Shown: piece by piece, positions 24,634 through 37,525 of the stretch
Layout of the letters: each line of letters opens with the position of its first letter
Position numbering within the stretch: position 1 is the stretch's first letter
Source: Macrostomum hystrix
Lineage: Eukaryota > Animalia > Platyhelminthes
Length of the DNA stretch: 64,000 bases
Direction: 5' to 3'
Assembly (NCBI GenBank): GCA_950097015.1
Contig: CATNEN010000001.1
Coordinates: 19,034,001-19,098,000 of the forward strand
Notes under the pieces: generated by a model
Seen by the model: the letters and a program-made list of their open reading frames with translations, nothing else
The model's database searches: none
Told to the model about the DNA's origin: nothing
Position numbers and translations under genes: made by a program

Positions 24634-25177
24634 GAAGGCTAATCCCCGATTCGCTCAGAGGGCCCTTAATTCCCGGGGGGATGGCCGGGGGCTCACCTCC
24701 GCGATTTACAAGGCTGGGAAGTCTAGGTATTTCCCCTCTGGAGCCTCGCTTCGGCTTAGGAGTCCGTAGGGCTAAAGCCCGGTTACTGCGTTTAGACTAC
24801 CCTTCAGAGAGCTTCTTAGAAAAGGACGTGCCGACCGATTTCTAGCCTATCCCCAAGGTCGGCAGTTTCAGGGCGCGGGCACGGGTGTCGTTAGACTCCC
24901 TCAGGGTCCCGACCCTTAACTATTCCGCCCCTAAGTTAGACTTAGTCAAAGTTACGTGGCACCTTCAGAATCAGGTACATGAAAGCGGGCCTTGCGCGAC
25001 GCCCAAGGAAAGGCTAATCCCCGATTCGCTCAGAGGGCCCTTAATTCCCGGGGGGATGGCCGGGGGCTCACCTCCGCGATTTACAAGGCTGGGAAGCCCA
25101 GGTATTTCTCATCTGGAGCCTCGCTTCGGCTTAAGAGTCCGTGGCTAAAGCCCGGTTACTGCGTTTAGACTACCCTT
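24634..25177. repeat. ~170-bp direct duplication in the Gypsy 5' leader (24634-24803 / 25010-25177)
   Basis: Near-identical AAGGCTAATCCCCGATTCG...TAGACTACCCTT copies. Confidence 0.9.
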
Positions 25178-25526
25178 GCCCGGAACAGTCGAGCAGGAAA
25201 ACCCCGCAGACAGTCCCCAACTCCTGCAGTAGCCACATAACCCGAAGACACTCTAGCATGAAGTCCGCTCACACAGCCTACTCATAGTAGAAAGTCACTA
25301 ATCAGAATTTTGGAAACTCTAACAAAAGCCTAAATTAAATTGAAATCAAATTGCGACTGTTTGAAAATTAAATGACAGCCACTAGAACTGAGATTCACTC
25401 TTTAGAGATAAGATTTCGGCATACGGAAAATGAAATCTAGAAGGAGCCCTTTCGGCTAGCTACCACAGAAATCTGCAGCGCTAAACTAACAATTGAAATT
25501 TCAAGTTCGTTTCGCGCCCTTTCTAG

Positions 25527-25544
25527 ATCCCACCGCTGCCACCA
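25527..25544 (-). promoter_or_regulatory. Primer-binding site, tRNA-Leu
   Basis: TGGTGGCAGCGGTGGGAT, 2 nt after the CA end of the LTR. Confidence 0.88.
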
Positions 25545-25546
25545 TT

Positions 25547-27857
25547 TGAAGTGGGTGGGCCTTTTATAAGCGCTGACCTGCACTCATGAGAATAGGTTTC
25601 TAGGGCGGGCGACAGAGTCGACTTAATGACCGCTTAGCTGCTCGCGAGATTTCGCGGAAAGAGAGATGAGATGAAGGGAGGTTCAGCGGATGCAGGGAGT
25701 GGTCCTATCGGCCTCAGGCTGGCCAGTCCCACTCGTCCCATAGGCCACAGGCGTGACAGCCGTGCCTACCCCAAGCAATGCTCGAAACCGGCTAAAAGTC
25801 TGAGAAGAGGGTCGGACTGCCCGGAATCGGGCAGGGCAGGGCTAACCAGTCTACTGCCATCAGTAGCATGTAAGGAACTGACTCCTAACCTTGGTAGCGG
25901 TGGTCGAAACGGCCCAGGCTCTTGTCACAGAAATGCGGAAAGGCTATTGGCAAAGCGGAAAATGATCTCAGGTAGCGCCACCACCCAATGCGCCTACGTT
26001 GCCACCGCAGACATTTGGGAACTTGGGTCCCCGGAGTACACAGCTCCTAGTTTATCACGCAGATCTAGACAAGCCGAAAAATAGGGCATTCTGCAACTTC
26101 CGTTTTAGACTGGGGTGAGAGCCCCAGAATGGATCGAGACCCGCCTCAAAAGGGGATTCCTGAATTCGCGCTACAGGGGTCTAGAAAGGTGGTACTCAGA
26201 ACTCGAATGAAAATCCATAGCCGGAATCCTACTCATGAAACATCAGGCACATTCTTTACATTAGACTGCAGCCTACACATTAGGTAACTAACAAATCCGA
26301 ATCTGTGTGAGATGAGGAAATCAGAGGCAGGAGAGATTAGACAGAACACTGGCTGAGTGGTTACGCAAGCGCAAGATTATTAGATCATCACTCTCGCTCC
26401 CGTGGCGGCAGTCGCGAAAGGGGAAAAGGGGAAAACTCCATTGGAAAGGGAGTTCGAACGTACACCTTGAACCCGCCGGAGAGGAAGAAGGAAAGCCCGC
26501 CAAGGATTCCCCCGACCTCCTAGGAAGAAATGCACGTCCTACACTCCGCATTTTGCTCGCGAACCCCTAGCTCCTTATTACTCTTATGCGCGCTTACAGT
26601 TGCCTTCCTGCCGCAGCCTTCGGCTCGGCATCACCAGAACCCGCCCCCCTTGGCGATTAGCCACTCATGATAGAGGGCTGTCTAACGATAAAATAAAAGC
26701 GAAAGAGAGACATAGTAAAAGAATTAGGTTGATGTTAAAAATTAGCCCAATAAGTTAAAGGTGCTTTAGATTAGATGGTTTATTAGGCTGGAAACTTCCC
26801 TAACTTCCCTCCCACTAAGTGCCGCCTAACTAAAAGTAAATTGTCCCTTAGGATTAACAATAACAAACCGCTGCGCGGATTACTTAGCTGAATCTCGTTT
26901 GGCCGCGTGCTGCAGTCCCGTTGTTCTCGGGGAGAAAGGATGGGCAAAACAGTATGGCAGAGAAAGGAAACTTCTGCGAGTTGGCAGGGGCCAACACACT
27001 GGGAGCTCAGAGGCTCAATTTAGAGCTCACCTAAAGAGGTGGCTTGCGCTTAGGGAATGGAAGCCGGCAATTGGCCTGTACTATCTGCTCGGAGCTCAAG
27101 GCTCAAGGGTCTAAGCCCTACGTGGGTCCGGAATAGTGCTCTGGGTCCGGTGGGAGTCCGGCCCGGCAAGGAAATAGGTCCGGGAAAAGGAGAGGAAAGG
27201 TAGGTCTCCCGGAAAGGTCCTTTTTAGGGGCAGCGCAGCGCGCCTTCTTAAATAGTCCTGCAGCACGCCAACCCCGACATCCATCAAAGCAACCCACATT
27301 CGCGCCAGCCTGTCAACGGGGAATCGAAGCGGCGATGGCCGCCCCGATTACCCAATGAACCGACGGCGGGAAACGACAGATGTTCTGCTCGAACAGCCGT
27401 CGGCAGTCGGCCAATGATTGTTACTCCGCCAGGACAATGGGAAGCGCAGGCGCCGACCTGCCTACATTGACATTTACGTGTATCTAAAGGAGGGAGGTCA
27501 TAAAGTCGAGCTGGGCTCGAATACTGTAAAGAAGTGGGGACATGAAGAATTAATGATCACTCATAATGCCCGAGTGATTCCCAATATCTGATCGCGGTTT
27601 GGAGGGGAATTATGACCTAAACTATTCATACAATAAAGCTGTGGCCGCGATTAGTCATTCCTACAGGGGTCTAGACAGATCCAGGGAGAGGGGATTCGAC
27701 GGCTACTTAATTCACCGCCGCCCCAAACCCGGCCCTAAGATTAATGATCGTGTTTGCGGCCAGCTGCTATGAGGGTCGCAATTATTAGGTACTTAAAAAT
27801 TTGAAAAATTATGCTGGCTCACACTCCCACTCGATTCCCGCAGCACACTCCACATCA
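25547..27857 (-). repeat. 5' LTR (2311 bp)
   Basis: TGATGTGG...CCACTTCA on the - strand (imperfect inverted termini), bounded by the TSD and the PBS. Confidence 0.8.
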
Positions 27858-29793
27858 AGATGAAAAAATGTGTAATTCGCACAGTCCGAAATTAGTCCGC
27901 AAAAGGCCGACGCGTCCGCGGTCCGTTTTGAGTCCTCAATAGGGCGACGAGGAGGACGATGTTCCATAAAAAAATTCTTAAGTTAGCTGCTGAAAACGTC
28001 ATAAAAGGCTTTATTTTCCGTTACTTATGCATTTAAAAGATGAAAAATTGTGTAATTCCAACAGTCCGATTCCAGTCCGCAAAAGGACATTTTTTGATCT
28101 ACTGTACAGAACCTAACATGCTTGAAATACTACTCGTATTTAAACGTTAGTAGTGCAGCAAGTTAAATGTTTGGTTTGTATAATCGTAATATTTAGTTTT
28201 TAGATATAAATTATTTACTATACATATACTTACTGTTTTACTGATCAGTGAGAGCTAGGAAATAAAGTTTGTGTGCATCAGTGAAACAATTTACGAGTAT
28301 ATAGTGGAATCATCAAAATATTCTGAGCGTGTATACAATTCGATCTTCTGGTCGGCCATGCATATTCCGGCTGTCTGCAGTAAACCGCTCAATAGCCGTA
28401 TAAAATTATTGATACTGCGGCAACTGCTTTAATTGAATTACATCTCGAATAGCTATGTATTTAGGAGTATATAGAATAGGTTGAAATCGCATAATTGAGA
28501 TGGTCCGTTTTCCGTCCGATTTGAGTCCGTAAAAAGGCGACGTGAATGTAAAATTTAACAAACACATGTATTTTGACCGCAGGCAATAAAAAGTTTTGTC
28601 GCAGAAGAAGCCAGTTGCACTAAACTTAATAAGAAGTTAGAATCAATTTTTAGTTTCAAATTGCAGCTTAAAAACGAAAGAATGGCCTGAGCAAAGTTTT
28701 TGAAAGCGCATGCACTGCAAACTTTCACTTTGAACTGACCGGATCCTCAATTAATTAGCTATTATGTACGTGAGAATTCTCGATTCGATCAACGAATTCT
28801 CAAAACCTATTCACAGTAAGACACTAAAATTCATTAGACAAGACAAAGTTAATATAGATATCAAACTCGCCATCACTTTGTGGTTTATATATAAGTTTAT
28901 AATTAAGTGAAAGTCTATTTGATCAGCAATGTCAGTGTAGCTTAGTTAGGATATATTATAAAGCTACAGGAATATTTTTTACAAAAAAGAGTGTTATTTT
29001 AAAGCGCATAGTGTATATTTACTTTAATTTAGCAAAAAATACATATTTTTGCAACTATAATGAATTGTACCATGTGAGGCTTAAATGTCTATATACTATA
29101 TAGCAAGGTTACAACTCCTATTTTCTGCTCTAGATACTTCAAGTCTAACTTCTGTTTATTCTTGGGCTTTCACAAGTGCCTATTTTATTGAAACAGTGAA
29201 AGAAAGAAACTGTTATATAGCTATGATATGAGAACTAATTGTCATGAAAAATGTATTATTACTTATTAGCTGGTTTAGGTATGTGGCATGCAGTTTTGGT
29301 CATGCTTAGGCATTAAGAAACAAAGATCTGTCAGTTAACAGTGAGCTATAGTCAATCATGCCTTACATAATCTTGGATGGCAGCAGCATTCAGGCTAGCT
29401 CTTGTTGGCCAAGCACCAGATACAGTAGAAGTTCCAGTAAGCTCTCGTACATGCAGATTGAGAATCTTGCCATTCCTTAACCTGTTTGAAAAGGATAAGG
29501 TGGTTAAGAGAGTTGTTGGTTAGCTTGTTGGTTTTAAATGTATTAAACAGAGCAGAAAAATAAATAACATAGCACATATATTATATATAGGCTAAGTAAT
29601 TAATATAATTTATTATACCTATCCGGCCATTTGTGCAGTATGGTCAAGAGCACAGCCACAGCTATTGTGCAGCATACGCTCGAATCTAAAGGCTGCACAT
29701 GGCTGTTCCCCATGGACTAAGGGATGCCAGACCCACCTTAAGTTCAAATAGCTAATATTGGTACCCATTTTACAGCTAGCTCGGATAAACAGA

Positions 29794-30186
29794 GGGGCGG
29801 ATAGCTCGGTCTGTAAGGTGTCGGACTCTGGATCAGATGGTCCTGGGTTCAATTCCCGACCTAGTCTAGAACTATTCGTGCAGCCTTTGGCAAGCTGCTT
29901 TGCCCTGATGTGCACACAGTCTACTCAGCTGCAAATGAGTACCGATATTTCGTCGGGGAATAATAATTCCGGCTGGCGTGAAATAAGGCAGTTCTGTGCG
30001 GCAATTCAGTGGGTTTGGATGCTGCCGATATGTTTGGAAAAAATAAATTCCATTGTTGACACGCGGCTGTCAACCGGTGTCCGAGAGGGCCGGGGAGTAC
30101 ATTAGGTGTGCAGTCCCCACCTGCTAGTGTGCTTGACACACAACACCTGCACTGGCCCTTGTGTCTAGTGTCATTATTATTATTAT
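29794..30186 (+). mobile_element. tRNA-derived SINE
   Basis: A-box-like TAGCTCGGTCTG, B-box GGTTCAATTCC and an (ATT)n tail. Confidence 0.8.
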
Positions 30187-30192
30187 TTTACA

Positions 30193-30520
30193 GCTGGGTT
30201 GTAGCCCAGCAGTTAGAGCGTCAGACTCGCATCTTGAAGGTTGATGGTTCAATTCCTGACTCCTGTTTCTTTAAGAAACAATTTGAAATTTGTGTCTCTA
30301 AGATAGGCAATTAACTCTGAATTGCTTCAGTTCAGCTAGCTATTATATGGGTACCAGTATTAGCTGTGGTAACTTATAGTGGGTGTAGCCTACCCCCAGT
30401 CGATGGACTGTACTGGCTGTAGTCCATAGCCGTACACAGTCTTCAGATGCGCCGCACAATAGTTGCAGCTGCGCTGTCGGCTACACATCTGGCCCATAGT
30501 GACAGTTGCAATTAGTTAAT
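30193..30520 (+). mobile_element. tRNA-derived SINE (second family)
   Basis: TAGCCCAGCAGTTAGAGC and GGTTCAATTCC boxes. The body is homologous to 30790-30995 and 33275-33512. Confidence 0.8.
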
Positions 30521-30789
30521 GGATTATTACTAATTTTATAACAGGGTGAAATGAAGCAAGCAAGTTACGCCTCTTGCCAAAGGGCATAAGTTGTACCAGT
30601 AGAGTTAGGAATCAAACCCCCACCCTAATTCTCCCCTGCCTCATCTATCCTACGTCTAATCCCTGCCCTTTCTCAGATTCCTACATTTAATACAGCCGTC
30701 GTCTTTTAGGTTCTGTAAGTGGCCCACTGGCTCATTGCCGACCCCTAGCTGCTAAATACCAGACCAAATAACTCAAGTATACACTGGGG

Positions 30790-30995
30790 TCACTGGCTAG
30801 ATTTGCAGCCGACAGCACAGCGGAGCTATTGCGCGGCTCATCTGAAGACTGCGTACAGCTGTACAGTCCATGGACTGGGGGGACACCACACCCACCTTCA
30901 ATTATCCCAGCGAATGCTGGTACCATTTAACAGCTGGGTGAACTAAAGCAATGCAGAGTTAATTAAGTGTCTTGCTAAAGGACCCAAATTGTCTC
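30790..30995 (-). mobile_element. Partial SINE, inverted relative to 30193-30520
   Basis: Shared body sequence (CATCTGAAGACTG, TGGTACC, CAGAGTTAA). Confidence 0.75.
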
Positions 30996-32297
30996 ACATG
31001 AATGCAGCAGACCAAATAACCCTAGCTAGTACCAACAGCTAGCAATAGCTAGTGAATGCTATAATTTTTATGACACTTTAGGGTCTGACATACAGAGGTA
31101 GTATATATGTTTAGTAAGTTTTTAAGTTAAAAAATACATGCATAGTACCTTTTTAGACAAACTGAACCTGTACACATGTATTATTTAAACCAATGGCTCA
31201 AAATTAATTTGAGTTACAATTGATAGTAGCTATCAATTTTGGGTTAGGTGTTTAGTATTTCACAAAAGGATCATGATTAGTCAAGCCCTTACTATGTGAC
31301 CAGCAGTTCTCAGATGCACTGATGTAAGGAAAGCAGTTGCTATAGGTAGTACTGCCTTAAGCCAGTCAAAAATGCCACCATTCCAGCTAGTGTGATAAGT
31401 ACCTGTTCAATAATGTTGAATATTTTAATAGCTGAAAAACTTATTACTATTAGCCATTTAAATTAGTCTGATAAAAAATGTTCGAGCTACAATTAAAACT
31501 AGTAACTCACCAGTCAGCCGAATTTATTTAATAGAACACTCTTGCCGAAACCTAGTCTTGTTTCGTCTGTCTTTGAATTTCTTTTATTTGTTTAATTCCT
31601 TGGAGATTCTTTTGATTCTTTGGAGCACAGACCAAATGGATAAGATAAGGCTTTCCTTCTGTCTGTGGTGGGGAGACCAGTCATCAGTTTATCAGTTTTT
31701 ATTTGAGCTGCTCCTTCCTCTTTTGGCCGTTCAAGTCCTGTGACTATGCAGAAGAGCTCTACTAGCTAGATGTTTACCGTTTCTATGAGTCACTTCAATT
31801 AATGGGAATTAAGTGATTCTGGAAGCATGCTTGTTGCTAAACACGCGTACAATAAAAGCAATTACGAAGATAATGACACGCTTTCGAATGCCTTATAATA
31901 TTAAATTCGATTTAAGAATTTCGTAAAAATGTGCGAAAGAACAAAGTTTTGGCATTAAAGTGTCAACGCGTTCTTCAGGCAACAAACGGCAAGAAAAATG
32001 GACTCCTGTTATCGGAGACCACACACCGCCTCAAATAAACCTTATCGCTTATCATTCCCGGTATTTATTTTGCTATTCGGACTTTGCTGCTCAATATCTT
32101 AGTCTTGTCTCTGATCCGTACGTTTGAGTTCATACAGTGAGTTTATACTTCTGAGTTACATACGAGTTTATGCTTGCAACTCTGGGAGTATACAGTTTTT
32201 TACATTTGTACATTTTTATGTCTGTAGTCAAATCGATGCAAAACATTAACAGTCAAAATTACATTTGCTGACAAGGGTGGAACAGAATGCGATTCCA

Positions 32298-35029
32298 CTA
32301 ATCAACACCAGAGAGAGGAATCACCAGCCATGCCTTTCCGGTCTTGCGCGGGAACAGAAAGCACTTCCTGTGGGGAGTGCCAGTAACAAAAGATCGTGTT
32401 TTACAATAGACTCCGATACCCAGTTTTGAGGACGGATATGGATAGTCATACAAGTCCTTTTGCAGCGACAGAATATTGCCAGTTACTTGGTCACCAAGAA
32501 CAGAAGTAATCCGAACAACTGAGCCATTCACGATGCAACAGTTGTCGGGCATCTTAACAGAGTACTTAATGGGCTGAATTGGGTTGCTGACTAGTAAGTC
32601 GCGAAGTGAAAGCATTTGATTTAGCAAGTAAGATGATACAAAGCGCGTTACTCGAAGGCGACCCTTTAAGTGAGAGAGGTAGTTCTCATATGGAAAGGCC
32701 GAAAAGTTGGACACACTTCCACGTTGCCTCGCGTATTGAAACAAGTGCAAAAGAACGTGAGCATTGTGAGTCATGAAACTGTTGCCGTACAGTTGAGCTG
32801 CGTCATACACAAAAAGTTTCATGGCAGATTCAGCGGCATCAAGAAGTTCAGGCTGTGGGCTATCAGAGCAAAGAACAAAACAGGCAAAGTGAAATAGAAG
32901 AAAATGCCTGTACAACTCTGTTGGCAGAAATTTGCGAAAAAAATACAATGTCCACGTGCGGAACTCGCTGGCTTTGAAATGTCCTTGTTCTCGGTCGATT
33001 CTCCGAGGGCGTCTTTGGAAATTTGTCGGTGTATATAGCGCACGTGATTCGGCAAAATCAGAAAGAGCGGAAACTTGATCCGGCCTAATTTTGCGCCGCC
33101 GTCCGTCATCCACCGCAAAGAGGAAGGTGAAAAGACGCCTAGCGACGCCTAGAAAGAGCAGGTGCATTGGCTCCGGTGGGCAAGCATCAGGTAGTTGCAA
33201 GCCTGGCAGTGACAGGAGCGGACTTGGTTCATGCCGCTGGTTGGATTCCCTGTAGTTGTTGGCGATAAAGACTAGTAATAATAATAATTGATTACACCTG
33301 CCCCAATCGACAGCACAGCCGCAGCTAATGCGCGGCGCATCTGAAGGCTGCGTACGGCTGCTCAGTCCATGGACTGGGGGGACGCCACACCCACCTTCAA
33401 TTACCCCAGCTAATGCTGGTACCTATTTAACAGCTGGGTGAACCGAAGCACTGCAGAGTTAAGAGTCTTGCTAAAGGACACAAATTGTTTCAGTGGAGTC
33501 GGGAATCGAACTATTGTATATTATTGTATATTGAATATTGTATATTTATATTGTATATAGTAAGTATGTGAATAATTGTTGAGATTTATAAGGATAGACA
33601 TATAGACAGTATGAATCGGAATCACATTTCTTTAGTTGCCATATCCTGATACAACCATTTGAACATTTATATGATAACTGATTCACGTATTAAGACAACG
33701 TCAGGTCAGGTTCGTAGACATGTAAAAAACATGTCATATATCCTGCCATGTAGGCGTATACAGATGTATAAGCTGGTATACAAAATTCGCAAAAGCACAC
33801 ACACATACACACAACCCCATGCACACACATGCACCTATTAAAACGATAATCCTCAGCTGTGCGACACTCTCCGACTTCGACAGGGTAGACTATTCGCCGG
33901 TCGACCGTCTGGGCTACCATTCTGCAGTAGGGGCAGCCGTGATGTGCGTTGTGGCCCAAAGTTGCGGTAATGAAGGACCGCGCTGGCGTGTCGCAAATGA
34001 ACGTGATGTTCCTGATGTGGATTAGCACCCCATTAACTTCGACAAAGTCGGTCTTGAAGGACTGCAGCTCCTTGATAAAGTCGGCCAGGTACTCGGTAAG
34101 AGGTGGTTTACCCAACCCAGCATACACAGCAACAGGAAGTGGGCGACAGAACCTCGAAAACTTAACGATAATAGGCCATGCCGCGTAATTTGACGAATTG
34201 TAAATCGGCATTCCGTCAATACCAACATCAATGTCCAGTTCCAACCTTGCTCTGTCATTCTGGGTGGCTTCCGGATTTCCAAGATCCAACATGCCGCCGC
34301 GAATCAGGAACGCCAGGTTCGAAGCAATACCGATGTAGGAGAAGTGTCCACTACCCATGGTGTACTTTTGTATTTGTACTGCTTCAGCCGAAGGTTCTTT
34401 GCGCAGACGGTGCACTGTTCTTGCGACCGGCAGGCCTCGGCAGACTAGAGCATTGAGCAGGAACTGCATCGCTCGATGTGAGATGTTGTAACGAACGAAG
34501 AATATTAGAAGCTCCTCATTCAGGCTCTCCAATGATGGCTTTGCTGTTTGGCCTGGGTCCCCATCTTCCGCATCTGTTGACAAGTGATCGGCGTAGTCGA
34601 ACTCATCAGCCTCACTTTCGTCGAAAGCCTCGTTAATAGCTGATAAATGCATGGGGTCACAGGCATTGACACCGGCACTGGTAGAATCAGGCCGCGAATC
34701 CTCAGGTGGAATGAGGCTTGCGCCATCTGCATGGGAAGATGCAACCTCCTGATTGAAAATAAAGAGGAAAAAAAGAAGACGATGAAACTGTGCATAAAAT
34801 TCGAGGCAATCAATCAAACCTATCACCCTGTCAATCCTGCCTGTCTGCCCCACCCTCGTCAAATTTCTTCACAAACTTGCATGAAACTTAAATAGAAACT
34901 CAATAAAAATTGAAAACTCACTTGGTCCATTTCAACATCACTGTCCGCAAAGTCAAGTAGGTTCTTTGTGAACCAATTTTGAAACTTTCGTCGTTGGTTC
35001 GTGTCGCCTTTAGTCCGTCTTTTAGACAT
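32298..35029 (-). CDS. CACTA/EnSpm-type DDE transposase A, 3 exons (35029-34922, 34748-33835, 33249-32298), 657 aa
   Basis: GT-AG joins keep the frame. Motifs IDGMP..WP, FICDTPAR, GHNAHHGCPYC, MHLLFLGV, FKASEFR, HNAHVLLH and FSAFPYEN. Confidence 0.85.
33275..33512 (-). mobile_element. SINE inside intron 2 of transposase A
   Basis: B-box GTTCGATTCC, the same body as 30193-30520, and an (ATT)n tail. Confidence 0.8.
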
Positions 35030-35164
35030 TTTGTGAGTAAGTGATGGTTATCAAAGGCTAATAGATGGGATATATTGAAAATAAAATTGCTGTAAATTAA
35101 CCCGGGAAAATAATATTACTATAGCCTAGAAGTCTGTAAATTATAATTCACTAATTTACTACAA

Positions 35165-35410
35165 TTGCTAGTTTACTTGCCTTTGTCGAGACTCGAGTCG
35201 AGTTGGCTCAGCTCGGCTCGCTCGGCTCGGCTCAAGCCGGTTCGGCTCGCTCTTGGCTCGGATTGGCTCTGTCGGATTCCGCGCGGCGCGGGCACGTTTT
35301 CATTGGCTTGTGTCCAATAAATCTTTGAGAAGGCGGGGACCCACCTGTGGCATATCTGCACGTATGGCTCATATATAAATAGATAATCAATCGTTGTTGA
35401 GCAATTTTAT
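35165..35410. promoter_or_regulatory. Divergent promoter between transposase A and the 35485 gene
   Basis: CCAAT/ATTGG boxes, a GGCGGGG GC-box and TATATAAA at ~35372. Conserved at 38022-38215. Confidence 0.7.
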
Positions 35411-35484
35411 AGTTGCAACTTCTCCCACCAGATCACTAAAACTCCCTCAACTAACTTCCTTCAACCTTCCTTCAACAAACAAAA

Positions 35485-35928
35485 ATGAATAACAACAGCA
35501 GCGACAGCAACAGCATCGACAGCAGCCAATGCCATGTCCATGGCCTTGATGTCCACAATGAGTTCCACTTTCATTTGTTCCCGGCACCGTTCCGGGCTAA
35601 CATTCTGGCCAATGCCGCCACCAAACTGGATGAGGCCATCCAGTCGTGCCTCGTCGCTGCGGAAGAGATGGCGGCGACAGTGGCCTGGACGCCCGCACGG
35701 CGCCGGGCACAGGACGCGCTGAATGAAGCGACGCGTCGTGTGAATCTGGCCATGATTCGGATGGCCAGAGCTCGCCGCATAGCGGCGGGCCTGGACCCAT
35801 ATGTGAGTAGTCGCTTTTGAATATTATTACTATTAGAATATTTATTAACGCATCTGATCTGATAACCGAGCTAAATAAGCTAAATGAAACTGAAACCCAT
35901 ATTTATATCGCAGCCGGGCGTCCTGTGA
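35485..35928 (+). CDS. Orphan 110-aa protein, 2 exons (35485-35802, 35914-35928)
   Basis: ATG context AAAAATG downstream of a TATA box, GTGAGT donor and CAG acceptor, AATAAA at ~36057. A His-rich N-terminal patch precedes an Ala/Arg-rich helix. Confidence 0.6.
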
Positions 35929-36139
35929 ATCGCTGCAGGGCAGCAGATCGGCTGACCGGGACCGGCTGACTGACTGGCGCCAATAATTTATAAATAACTG
36001 TATCAATGTTGTGTTCAATATTTATGTACAAATACGCACGCGCACATTTTTAAATAAATAAATCTTTAAAAAATACTTTTACACAAAAAATACACAAGCC
36101 ATAATTTTCCAACGTCGCCTTCACTTTTTGTGTGCCACT

Positions 36140-36500
36140 GGCACGGTTGGATTTCCGTAGTTGTTGACTTGACAATAAGGAATAGTTTTGTATATACATA
36201 GTATTAGTATGTGAAACCTTATTGAGAAATCAAAGGACAGTTATACCAGTCTGAATCGGAATCATAGTTCTTAAATTGCCATATTACGATACACCGAATT
36301 GCAGCTTTATATTATTACTGATTAACGTAATAAAACAAGGTCAGGTTCGTAGACATGAAAATCACATTTTATAATCCTGCATGTATGCGTACATGTTATG
36401 TGTAAGCAGGCATAAAAAATTACGTATTACGCTCTCGAACATCATTAGTCCTTCCTTGTCATACATTTCGCTTGCCGCAGTAACTGCAGTGACCATCTAT
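36140..36500 (-). pseudogene. Degenerate copy of the transposase A exon2/intron2/exon3 region
   Basis: GGTTGGATTTCCGTAGTTGTTG matches 33240-33262, intron homology to 33590-33780, and an HCSYC remnant. Confidence 0.6.
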
Positions 36501-36583
36501 TAGCTACTTTGATTGAGAAGTGAGAATTGACTATATACCGCTGTCTTTTAATTCACTCCTTCAATTTCACAACTCTATACCTG

Positions 36584-37213
36584 TGATGTGCTGTAGACTG
36601 CCGAGCAGCCTCCAGGCAATCGGAGAGTCAGGCTGTTCTAGGTCTGTGGGAGGGCTAGGGTTGGTAGTTAGTGTTTCCCGTGCACTGTCACCTCCGCTCG
36701 CCACCCCCTCCGCTCTCTCTCTTTCCAGCTCTGTCTGCGCACTGAGTCACATTGCACACCATGGTGCAATCGCTTAAGTTCGGAAGAAGACTGGCAAAAC
36801 AACGCTCAAATGCTCCTACTATAAGTAGAGCACAGTCCGACGAATCCTTGAGATTGTGTTAGTGTCATGGTAGCACTATTTCTTTATATTGATGGCACTT
36901 TCTTGTCTCCAGTCTTCATGCTTCTTGAGCCCTCGGGGTCTCAAACATCTGCTAATTTATTGCGAAGCTAAGACCGTATACTGCGTTTAGAAGCAGAGTG
37001 TACCGTCTGTTTCAGTGCAGAGTGCTAAGACTTAGGAATCATAGATTGATTCAATCACAGACCGAGGAAACTTAGCAATTGAAGCCTGACTACCGGATTG
37101 TTCCTCTGCTAGGAAGCATCTGCGTGTGAGGCCGGTAAAATCTCCTCTCTGAATCCAGTGTCCTGTCTTGGTCATTTACCAATTGTGTGTGCCACGCTAC
37201 CACAGGTACAACA
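36584..37213 (+). mobile_element. Solo LTR (630 bp)
   Basis: TGATGTG...GTACAACA ends and TSD CCTG (36580-36583, 37214-37217). Confidence 0.8.
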
Positions 37214-37239
37214 CCTGTCTTATGTCGATTCTCATCCCT

Positions 37240-37525
37240 ATCTCATTTCTAATCTCTCATCTGTCTCATCACTCATCTCTCAACTGTCTCATCACTCATC
37301 TTCCAACTGTCTCATCTCTCAACTGTCTCATCACTCATCTCTCAACTGTCTCATTACTCATCTCTCAACTGTCTCATCACTCATCTCTCAACTGTCTCAT
37401 CACTCATCTTCCAACTGTCTTATCTCTTAACTGTCTCATCACTTATCATCTTCCAACTGTCTCTTCTCTCAACTGCAGTCTCACCCATCTTATTCACACT
37501 GTCTCATCCCTCATCTCTCAATTGT
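37240..37525. repeat. ~22-bp minisatellite (CTCATCTCTCAACTGTCTCATCA-like)
   Basis: Tandem units visible. Confidence 0.9.

Larger units (their letters stand above)
20211..27857 (-). mobile_element. Non-autonomous Ty3/Gypsy element (gag-protease plus an extra ORF, no RT/IN), single LTR
   Basis: Interrupts the ~194-bp repeat with TSD AGAT (20207-20210, 27858-27861). LTR, PBS, gag and protease are present. Confidence 0.8.

Noticed and set aside
29794-30265. Two tRNA genes
   Set aside because: A/B boxes are present, but they continue into SINE bodies and tails without a clean cloverleaf.
34749-34862. N-terminus of the 390-aa ORF
   Set aside because: It is intron 1 (polypyrimidine tract); the inferred start is the ATG at 35029.
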